Below, piece by piece: positions 1-7,729 of a DNA stretch of 64,000 nt (within the stretch, counting starts at the first letter, position 1; the number at the start of each line of letters is the position of its first letter). The stretch is from IMG/VR virus record IMGVR_UViG_3300033997_000478, positions 248,001 through 312,000 of that record; one strand, 5' to 3'. The translations under genes were made by a program, and so were the position numbers. The notes under the pieces are model-generated. The model was not told the DNA's origin, made no database searches, and saw only the letters and a program-made list of their open reading frames with translations.

Positions 1-1
1 G

Positions 2-88
2 ACGGCAGACCTGATGAAGACAATCCCGATGCTGATCACCTCTGGTATCGCCCTAGTAGTTGCAATTCAGAAACTCCGCTCCGCTTAA
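2..88 (+). CDS. 3' end of an upstream gene (partial; ...MKTIPMLITSGIALVVAIQKLRSA*)
   Basis: Open frame from base 2 to TAA at 86-88, ending just before the RBS of the next gene. Only 28 codons are visible. Confidence 0.35.
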   Translation, partial: TADLMKTIPMLITSGIALVVAIQKLRSA

Positions 89-107
89 AAGAAGGCACAC
101 GTCCATC

Positions 108-1730
108 ATGGATAAATACGCGTTTGGCATCATCGATCGCGAAGGCCCCAAGCACAACCGAAAGATCGTCGATGGACTGGCGACAGAAGAGTTCAAACAG
201 ATCGAGGCCTACATCGATCGAATCTGGCGCACGGCTACCGCCGAGCTGTCGCCGGAGATCACTTATCACGGACTGCGTGCTTGCAGTGTCCGTGAAGAGT
301 ATCAGGAACTGACCCGACGCACCGGTGGTCGCAACACGATCGAACTGGCTCGCTCCAATGCCCGGATGATCGAGATCGACCTGCGTCACAATGGCGATCC
401 GCTTCCTAAGCGGTACATGTACATCCCCTTCGTTCGTCGTGGTGGGCTGATCACCCTGCGTGGCAGTGACTTTGCGATCTCTCCGGTGATGGCTGACAAG
501 GCTATCTCAGTGGGTCCGAATCTGATCTTCATTCCGATGGCATGGGATCGGATCAACTTCCTGCGCGTGACGCACTACTTCTACGCCAATGGCGTACAGG
601 AGTCGGTGCCGGTGGTCTGGTCCAAGATTCACCACTACGTCCTGAAGCAGCGTCGGACGAACTCCAAGATGGACGTTCGTGCCAACACTACTCTTCCGCA
701 TTACCTCTTCGCCAAGTACGGCGTGACTCGCGCCTTTGCTGAGATGCTCAACACGCACGTCGTGGTGGGACCTTCTGGCGAAGTGAACAAGGAAACCTAC
801 CCGCCGGATAAGTGGGTGGTGTGCGAATCCAACCGAGAGAAGCCGCGTTCGGTTCGTGACAAGGCCTACATGCCGCCGGATGTCCGCATTGCGGTTCCGC
901 TGGAGAAGTGGGGCCCGGCTGTGGCGCATCTGGTGGCAGGCTTCTACTACGTGGCCGATCACTTCCCTGATCGTGTCGTGGCCGATGAAGTTGACGAGCC
1001 GCGTCTGTGGCGCGTGCTGTTGGGTTACATGATCTTTGGCCCCGGCCAGAGTGAGGGTAAGCTGTACGACAACATCTCCGAGCACTTTGGCTCGCTGGAC
1101 AACTACATCGAAGTCCAGACCCGCCAGCGCTTGGAAAGTGTCGGTGTGTACGTGGAAGACATCTATCAGCTGTTCATGCACCTGATCGAGAACTTCGACT
1201 ACTACCTGGCCCAGTCCACCACCAACCTGTCCAGTACGTACGGCAAGCGCCTGATGGCGATGAGCTATGCGACCTCGGACATCACGTGGGCAATCCACCG
1301 CTTCATGTTCATGGTCCAGACCCAGCGCAAGCGCAAGACGCTTACGAAGGACGATGTGCTCAAGATCATGAACAAGACGCTCAAGACCCAGACCATGTTC
1401 AGGATGAACAAGAACCATGGTGAGGTCAATCCGGTCTCTGTGTCCGGCGACAACATCTACTTCAAGATCACCTCCCACGTGGTCCCGCAGGAATCCTCCA
1501 GCGGCGCCCGTACCAAGCAGCGCTCCACCGCAGACGATCCGTCCAAGATCCTGCACATCTCGCTGGCAGAGAACGGTAGCTACAGCACGATGAAGAAAGC
1601 TGAGCCTACGGGCAACGGCGCTCTGAATCCGATGGCCATTCTCAGCCCGCATGACAACGAGCTGCTGCGGAACCCGAAACTGCTGGACATCACCGAGAAG
1701 ACTCAGGCGATGATTCAGCGTACCGCCTAA
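108..1730 (+). CDS. rpoB: Phage multisubunit RNA polymerase beta subunit, N-terminal half (phiKZ gp123-like, non-virion RNAP), about 540 aa
   Basis: YIPFVRRGGLITLRGSDFAISPV matches the beta motif iPlMT..GtFiinG.ERv.vsQ, and EPTGNGALNP resembles ETPEG.niGL. Size and position beside the portal block fit gp123. Start moved to ATG 108 (GAAGG upstream). Confidence 0.75.
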   Translation: MDKYAFGIIDREGPKHNRKIVDGLATEEFKQIEAYIDRIWRTATAELSPEITYHGLRACSVREEYQELTRRTGGRNTIELARSNARMIEIDLRHNGDPLPKRYMYIPFVRRGGLITLRGSDFAISPVMADKAISVGPNLIFIPMAWDRINFLRVTHYFYANGVQESVPVVWSKIHHYVLKQRRTNSKMDVRANTTLPHYLFAKYGVTRAFAEMLNTHVVVGPSGEVNKETYPPDKWVVCESNREKPRSVRDKAYMPPDVRIAVPLEKWGPAVAHLVAGFYYVADHFPDRVVADEVDEPRLWRVLLGYMIFGPGQSEGKLYDNISEHFGSLDNYIEVQTRQRLESVGVYVEDIYQLFMHLIENFDYYLAQSTTNLSSTYGKRLMAMSYATSDITWAIHRFMFMVQTQRKRKTLTKDDVLKIMNKTLKTQTMFRMNKNHGEVNPVSVSGDNIYFKITSHVVPQESSSGARTKQRSTADDPSKILHISLAENGSYSTMKKAEPTGNGALNPMAILSPHDNELLRNPKLLDITEKTQAMIQRTA

Positions 1731-1779
1731 AGCGTCTTAGAACGCTGGCACCACCCGCCTACGGAGATATTGAAACCCA

Positions 1780-3750
1780 ATGTCCAACAACATCATCTAC
1801 AATCCACCAGTTGTGGTCAACGTCAATGTTGAACCGGAACTGCGTCCTGCAATTCCGTTGTTCAGCGGCTACGCCATTGCAGCACTGACGGACATCCCTA
1901 ACGACCATCGTGGTCCGGGCCGTGCGCTGTACCGGGACATCATGGAGAAAGACCAGAACCTGTTCCAGGAGATGGTCCAGATCCTGGCCTCGGCCACCGA
2001 GTACGTGCTGATCACCAACAGCGGCGATCCGCACAACCAGCGTCATGTCGAACAGGCCATCACCACGGTACTGGGCACGATCATCGACGGCTTCTACGGC
2101 GTGGTCATCGACCGCTACACCCGTGACTTCGAGCAGAGCGGGGCAATCAGTCAACAGCAGTACGATGACCGCATCAAGGTTCAGCGTGCCCTGCAAGAGC
2201 TGGTGGCCGAGATGGATCAGTTCGCTCGGGGCGGTCAGGCCCAGCCGCGCGGTCGCGGTGGTTGGGGCGGTGGCGGCACTGCCACCGGCGGCGGTGGCTG
2301 GGGAACCAACACTGGCGGTAACTGGGGTGCAGGCAACCGCAGTGCCGTCAGCAACGACGTACGCAAGGCTGCCGATCAGGTGTTCACCGCAGCTGATGGT
2401 CGTCGTGGTACTGCCACCCGTGATACCGACAACTTCTCCAGCGGCGGCCGTGTCGCCCGGCAGGTCATCAAGGAACCGGATCAGGTCATCCACAAGCCGA
2501 ACTTCTGGGAAGGTCGTCAGTTCCTGCCGATGATGACCGGCAGCACCGGCTATCCGCTGACGCTCAATCCGAAGCGTCCGTGGGACTGGGTGGTGGCGCG
2601 TCCGGATGGTCTGATGATCCAGCCGGCCAGCTCCAGCAGCTGGAAGCTGACTGACAAGGCCGGCTTCACCGTACGCTGGTACGACCCGCAGAAGGCGATC
2701 CTGATGTACCTGAAGGATCCGGAAGGAAAGGTGACGGCAACTGCCCTTGAACGCGAGATCGACATGAACTACCTGGACCATGAGCAAGACCCGGAACTGC
2801 GCCTGATGGCCAAGGAAGAAGCAATGGCCCGTGACGGCAAGATCCAGCCGGCGTTTGCACTGGTTGATCAGATCCGTCCGCAGCCGGGCCGCCCGCTGGC
2901 GGAGCTGGGCCCGATCGGTAGCGATGATTCCATCGAAACCGAAGTGCTCAGCGTGCCGGATACCTTCGAGCTGATCAACAACGTGCGGGCGATGTACGAC
3001 CGCAACATGCTGCGCCTGAAGGTGGGTGAAGATCCCTCGCAGAAGAAGGCCTACGAGTTCTACGCCGATGTGGCCGAACTGATCGCCGTGGTCAATCCGA
3101 ACCTGAAGCTGCTGGGCGAGATGGCCGATCAGACCGACTTCGGTCGACTGGCGGCACTGCTCACCGCTGCCCTGGGTCGTGATGAAGATCGGGAAATGGC
3201 AGAAAGCGCCAATGCCCGCATGACCGAAGCGATCAACCACGCACTACTCGTGAACATGGGCCTGAAGGGTTGGTCGATCGACAGCTTCCACGAGGACATC
3301 GTGGATTGCATCGATAAGCTGGGCAAGCATGCTGGCGAGCAGTCGGCGTTCGTGCTCAACGACAGCGCGGTGGAACTGATCAGCGCAACGCTGGCACACT
3401 TCACGGCCGAGGAAGGCCACGACGGTGTCTACGAGGCGCTGGGCATGGCCGATGCCGTGAAGGAAGATGAGAGCCTGCTGATCTGGCGCAACCGCACCTC
3501 GATCACCCGCATCCCGTTGACCTCCCACGAGCTGGGCCTGCCGGCCGAAGCACGCCTGATCGACCAGGGCAACTTCCCGGCGTTCTACAACGCCTGTGAG
3601 TCGATCTTCGGTCGTACCCCGGATCATCCGGTGGCGTTCAAGAACCGCTACCTGGCCCTGACCGATGGTAAGGTCTACGAGCTGGTGGCTGGCTACTACA
3701 ACCGCGGTGCACTGATCATCAAGCGTGCCGACTTCGTGGTAGCCAAGTAA
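1780..3750 (+). CDS. Jumbo-phage hypothetical protein (656 aa) with an internal RGG/WG-rich low-complexity segment
   Basis: Long ORF with phage-typical codon bias and GGAG upstream. Contains RGGQAQPRGRGGWGGGG...GGGGWG..GGNWGAGNR. Confidence 0.85.
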   Translation: MSNNIIYNPPVVVNVNVEPELRPAIPLFSGYAIAALTDIPNDHRGPGRALYRDIMEKDQNLFQEMVQILASATEYVLITNSGDPHNQRHVEQAITTVLGTIIDGFYGVVIDRYTRDFEQSGAISQQQYDDRIKVQRALQELVAEMDQFARGGQAQPRGRGGWGGGGTATGGGGWGTNTGGNWGAGNRSAVSNDVRKAADQVFTAADGRRGTATRDTDNFSSGGRVARQVIKEPDQVIHKPNFWEGRQFLPMMTGSTGYPLTLNPKRPWDWVVARPDGLMIQPASSSSWKLTDKAGFTVRWYDPQKAILMYLKDPEGKVTATALEREIDMNYLDHEQDPELRLMAKEEAMARDGKIQPAFALVDQIRPQPGRPLAELGPIGSDDSIETEVLSVPDTFELINNVRAMYDRNMLRLKVGEDPSQKKAYEFYADVAELIAVVNPNLKLLGEMADQTDFGRLAALLTAALGRDEDREMAESANARMTEAINHALLVNMGLKGWSIDSFHEDIVDCIDKLGKHAGEQSAFVLNDSAVELISATLAHFTAEEGHDGVYEALGMADAVKEDESLLIWRNRTSITRIPLTSHELGLPAEARLIDQGNFPAFYNACESIFGRTPDHPVAFKNRYLALTDGKVYELVAGYYNRGALIIKRADFVVAK

Positions 3751-3753
3751 CGG

Positions 3754-3787
3754 CATAACGCCCCCGCCTTCGGGCGGGGGTTCTATG
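3754..3787. terminator. CATAA-flanked GC hairpin (UUCG loop), terminator-like repeat element
   Basis: CATAA-C-GCCCCCGCC-TTCG-GGCGGGGGT-T-CTATG, starting 4 nt after the stop at 3750. Confidence 0.75.
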
Positions 3788-3795
3788 GAGGTCGC

Positions 3796-4077
3796 TTGAA
3801 CAACGATCAAATTTCCCAAGCCATTACCGAACTCAATGGCCGCATCGAACAGCTGCGCCATGAACTCCACACCAATGGGAAGCTGAGCAATGATTCGGTG
3901 GTGGTTCTGACGGCTATGCGTGAGCAGGTCGGCGAGCTGCGCAAGATCCACATTTATCAGTCGGTAAATGAGGGTAACCTCATGAAACTCGTTGCCCAAG
4001 CCAATGGTGTCACTGTTGGTCGGGTCAGTCAAATCTGCAAAGAGATGAGGGAAAAGCATGCTCGGCAAAACAACTAA
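3796..4077 (+). CDS. Small protein with a C-terminal helix-turn-helix-like motif
   Basis: TTG start with GGAGG RBS. N-terminal coiled-coil-like stretch, then MKLVAQANGVTVGRVSQICK, which follows an HTH pattern. Confidence 0.55.
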   Translation: MNNDQISQAITELNGRIEQLRHELHTNGKLSNDSVVVLTAMREQVGELRKIHIYQSVNEGNLMKLVAQANGVTVGRVSQICKEMREKHARQNN

Positions 4078-4291
4078 GCCCATTTTCACCCTCCCACCGA
4101 TCATCAACACTGGTTTGAAGCGGGGTGAATTTGCATTGCAGATGGTCATGCCCCACGCAGGCACACCCATCAAGTCAGATTTCGTCGGCGGCCTAGTCCG
4201 GCAGATGCATACCGACGGCAAGATCACCGACCAGCAGCTGGAAGATTTCTACAAGAAGCGCCTCGAGAAGATGGCGCCTTTCGGTCTGTAA
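4058..4291 (+). CDS. Hypothetical protein (77 aa)
   Basis: ATG with GAGG/GGA upstream, overlapping the previous stop region. Fills the gap in a same-strand run. Confidence 0.55.
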   Translation: MLGKTTKPIFTLPPIINTGLKRGEFALQMVMPHAGTPIKSDFVGGLVRQMHTDGKITDQQLEDFYKKRLEKMAPFGL

Positions 4292-4318
4292 CTCATTCAT
4301 TCAAGGAGAGCAGTACAG

Positions 4319-4672
4319 ATGTCTGAAGCATACCACGCCCCCAATACCCTGATTCCCATCAACACCATCATCGAAGATTACAGCGGCACGCCTTACCTGG
4401 CATCGCTGGCATTCTTCTGGGAAGTCGAGTTGGCGGCGATCTATCAGCAGCACCCGCATCTCAACCCCACTGCATTCTTCAACTTCGACTACGACGAAGA
4501 AGAGATCCAAGAAGAGCTGTTCAAGGTCTTGGTTCAGAAGAACCTGCTGAAGAAAGTCGAGCCCAATTTCACTGCAATGACCTACCTCAATCACAAGAAC
4601 AACACCGCCGACACCATGCTGTTGTCAGTGACTACGGAACTGCGTGGACCGGTCGACAAGGTCAGTGCATAA
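4319..4672 (+). CDS. Hypothetical acidic protein (117 aa)
   Basis: AAGGAG RBS and typical codon bias. Ends at the convergent hairpin pair. Confidence 0.7.
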   Translation: MSEAYHAPNTLIPINTIIEDYSGTPYLASLAFFWEVELAAIYQQHPHLNPTAFFNFDYDEEEIQEELFKVLVQKNLLKKVEPNFTAMTYLNHKNNTADTMLLSVTTELRGPVDKVSA

Positions 4673-4701
4673 CCCATTCCATCCGTTGATGGCGTAGGCG
4701 G

Positions 4702-4789
4702 CATAGACGCCTCTCCCAAAGGAGAGGCGCTTGCCTTTTGGTAAGGGGCCTCCATCTGGAGGCCCCTCTTTTTATGCCCTTTTTTTTTG
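4702..4789. terminator. Tandem hairpins at a convergent junction (bidirectional terminator)
   Basis: CATAGA-CGCCTCTCC-CAAA-GGAGAGGCG, then AGGGGCCTCC-ATCT-GGAGGCCCCT-CTTTTTATGCCC and a T9 run, between the stops at 4672 (+) and 4792 (-). Confidence 0.75.
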
Positions 4790-4791
4790 GC

Positions 4792-7680
4792 TTACAGAGG
4801 GGGCAGGGACATGTCGCCACCGCCGCCTTCCTCGCCAGTACCGGTTTCATCCGCCGGCGGTTCACCGCCAGTTTCATCGCCCGGAGGCACGTCCAACGCA
4901 TCACCACCGCCGACGTCCATGCCGGGGTCCAGGAGATCATCGCTCGGATTGGCCGGAGCGCTCTGGTAGTCATAGCTACCACCGCCACCGAAGTCGTCAT
5001 TGGGACCGACGATCTTCTTCAGGCGTTCCACGGCCGGGCCAGTGCGACGCTGGGTCGTTGCCAGTGCGTACATCACATGCAGCAGCGACTTGGACATCGA
5101 CTTGACATGGTCCTCGATACCGCGGATCAGGTCAGGCTGTTCGTCCGGGTCCGGATTGGTCAGCAGGGTGAAGATTTCCGGCATGACGTTGTTGTCAGCC
5201 ATCCAGTCACGCATGATCTTGGCCTTGGCCGCCTCCTTGACCATCGGCACCAGATCCTTCAGATCGCCCAGACCCTGTTCGGTCAGGTAAGCTTCATTGA
5301 TCCAGTTACCCAGGCACTTGTCCACGAATTCTTCGCGAGAATTGTAGGCGCTGGCCTGTGCTTCGGCCGTAGCCATATCCGGCTTGGGCAGTCGCAGACG
5401 CAGAGCTTGCAAGAACTCCATGATGACCGCATCGCGACCCATGGCTTGCAGATCTTCCAGACGCTCGCTCATGCTCTCCATCGAGGCCGAGGTCTTACCC
5501 TTGGTCAGCGCATCACGCTGATCCTTGGCGTCCTTGGAGATCTCGTTGGCGCGCTGCTGTTCACGGGTGAGCTTGTTGCGGTTCTCATCCACCAGCTTGC
5601 GCAGCTCGGCCATCAAGGCGCCGTCGGCCAGTACGTACTTGATGACGAAGTCGTTGAGGAAGCCCTCAAACTCGGTCTGGTAGGTCAGCACGCGCTTGGC
5701 CAGCAGCAGGTTGTTGGCCAGGACCGAAGTAGCGAAGTCCGCACCTTGACCGGCATCGACCATGTCCGGGCTCAGACCCATCGCCTGCAAGTGCGCATCG
5801 CGCAGCTTGTCGGTGAAATCGGTATCAGGCTTGACACGGTTGGACTGGCGCTCGGTGACATCCATCTTGATTTCGGGGTAGCGGGTGTTACCCGTCACTA
5901 CCACGTCAATCGATGCGCGCTGCAGGTAGCTGTTGATGTCCACCGGATTGGTGGCGCCCAGCGGGAAGATGCCCTGACGGGTCTTGGCGAACTCGTGCAG
6001 CAAGAACTCCACCGTCTGCGACGGATTGGGATCGGTCGGCTCCAGCTGGATAGCCAGCTGCGTGCGGTTGATCGAGTTCTTGATACCGGCCATGGCATCA
6101 GCCAGCAGGCTGACCACGCGGATACCGCCGAGCACCTTGGACTGCTGCAGCAAGGACTGGCCGATGCCGTACTTGTTGTAGTCGAAGGCAATGTAGACCA
6201 TCATCTGCGCCGGCACGTAGAGCACCTTGGTGCGCTGGTGGGCCATACGACGGGCAAACATCACGCGGTAGATTTCTTCCGGCACCGTCACTTCCAGCTG
6301 ACGGCCGTACGGACCTGCTTCCAGACGCTGGGTCAGCTCGCGGTCGATCATGCGACCATACACGCGGGCCATTTCTTCGATCTCGGTCTGACGGCTGGTT
6401 TCCTGTCCCATCAGAGCGCGCTTGGCCTGAGCCAAGATCTGCGAGCCCATGGACGAATTCGTGTTGAGCGAATTGGCCATGTCGGTGAAGTAGTCGCGCT
6501 GGTCGACCGAGTTGATCGGGTTGCCCAGTTCATCCAGCAGGATGAAGTAACCCAGATGCTTGCGCGGCGCGCCTGGCTGGTGGACCGGAATGACCGATTC
6601 CGACGGCAGCTTCATCACCGTAGGGTGGCCGATCGTATCGCGGGCGATCTCGTGGTTGGTCTTGATGATCTCCAGCGGCACGTGCGCTTGGCTGAGCTTA
6701 CGGCGGGTGCCGAGGTTGTATTCGGTGTACGCACCGAAGCTTTCCTGGGAGACCGCAAACTGCACGCCGTTGACCTGCAACATGCCCTGCTTTTGCATGA
6801 TGGCATCGATGCGATCTTGAGCCATGCGTTCACGCAGGGCAGGCATCTTCAAGATGCTGGGGTTGTCCACCACTTCCATGAGGGTGTCAACTTCCATCTT
6901 GTCGCCGGCCTTGATGCCGTTCTCTTCATCATCGACTACCGCGTTCATGCCGATGACCATCTTCGGCACGTAGGTATGGGTGCCGTAGCTGCCATTGCCC
7001 GACAATGCTTCCAGGCCCAGGTTCATCGCAGCGCCGTTCTTGGGTGCGACGGGATTGCCCAGATAACCCAGATGGCGCAGGTTGTCGTCCTTGACCTGGT
7101 CGTTGATGCTTTCCATCGTAACCCGGCCCACCGAGTTGATCGCAACGTCGATGGAGTTCTCCGGCAGGATCAGCAACGGGTAGGAGCCGGTCATGAAAAG
7201 CGCGTCTTCCAGCGAAGGTGTCAACAAGTCGCTAATCTTGTAGACCTTCTCAAAATGCTCTTCGATAACGCCTTGCATGGCGCTGGCCAGGTCGCTGCTG
7301 AAGCGATTCTGTTCCAGACCGAAGTTGATGCTGGTGGTCACCATGTCCTTCGGGGACAGGATCGAGCTGGTGAGGATCTGCATGGCCAACTGCGTCTCCG
7401 GCAGCAGCTGGAAGATGCTGCGGGCGTCGTTGACGTCATTGGCCGTCATGTCGCTGATCTTGGTCAGCAACGACAGATCCAGATGCTCGATGGACTTGTT
7501 CTTACCAGCCTTGGCATCGGTGGACAGACCACCAACACCGACACGCTGTGACGGTACTTCCGGGACCAGTTTTGACATGATCGCAGCCATGCCCGTTTCC
7601 CGCGCGTCGGGAAGCATTCGGGCATATTGGGCTCGCGTGTCGACGGGGAAGACCGACGAAGTAGGCGGACGGTTATACAT
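4792..7680 (-). CDS. Probable portal protein (phiKZ gp129-like), about 962 aa
   Basis: Large ORF with an acidic G/P/D tail, divergent from the baseplate gene and near the RNAP beta-N gene as recalled for phiKZ-like phages. Start moved to ATG 7680 (GAGGT, 7 nt spacer). Assignment rests on synteny and size. Confidence 0.65.
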   Translation of the reverse strand: MYNRPPTSSVFPVDTRAQYARMLPDARETGMAAIMSKLVPEVPSQRVGVGGLSTDAKAGKNKSIEHLDLSLLTKISDMTANDVNDARSIFQLLPETQLAMQILTSSILSPKDMVTTSINFGLEQNRFSSDLASAMQGVIEEHFEKVYKISDLLTPSLEDALFMTGSYPLLILPENSIDVAINSVGRVTMESINDQVKDDNLRHLGYLGNPVAPKNGAAMNLGLEALSGNGSYGTHTYVPKMVIGMNAVVDDEENGIKAGDKMEVDTLMEVVDNPSILKMPALRERMAQDRIDAIMQKQGMLQVNGVQFAVSQESFGAYTEYNLGTRRKLSQAHVPLEIIKTNHEIARDTIGHPTVMKLPSESVIPVHQPGAPRKHLGYFILLDELGNPINSVDQRDYFTDMANSLNTNSSMGSQILAQAKRALMGQETSRQTEIEEMARVYGRMIDRELTQRLEAGPYGRQLEVTVPEEIYRVMFARRMAHQRTKVLYVPAQMMVYIAFDYNKYGIGQSLLQQSKVLGGIRVVSLLADAMAGIKNSINRTQLAIQLEPTDPNPSQTVEFLLHEFAKTRQGIFPLGATNPVDINSYLQRASIDVVVTGNTRYPEIKMDVTERQSNRVKPDTDFTDKLRDAHLQAMGLSPDMVDAGQGADFATSVLANNLLLAKRVLTYQTEFEGFLNDFVIKYVLADGALMAELRKLVDENRNKLTREQQRANEISKDAKDQRDALTKGKTSASMESMSERLEDLQAMGRDAVIMEFLQALRLRLPKPDMATAEAQASAYNSREEFVDKCLGNWINEAYLTEQGLGDLKDLVPMVKEAAKAKIMRDWMADNNVMPEIFTLLTNPDPDEQPDLIRGIEDHVKSMSKSLLHVMYALATTQRRTGPAVERLKKIVGPNDDFGGGGSYDYQSAPANPSDDLLDPGMDVGGGDALDVPPGDETGGEPPADETGTGEEGGGGDMSLPPL

Positions 7681-7729
7681 GCATGCTACCTCAAAGAGCT
7701 TTCTTTTTTCGTAAGTTGGGAGACGCCCA

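Noticed and set aside
4738-7551. 937-aa plus-strand ORF
   Set aside because: Exact antisense shadow of the portal-like gene. High-GC codon bias keeps the antisense frame open, the sequence is unnatural (rich in V/H/Q/L), and there is no RBS.
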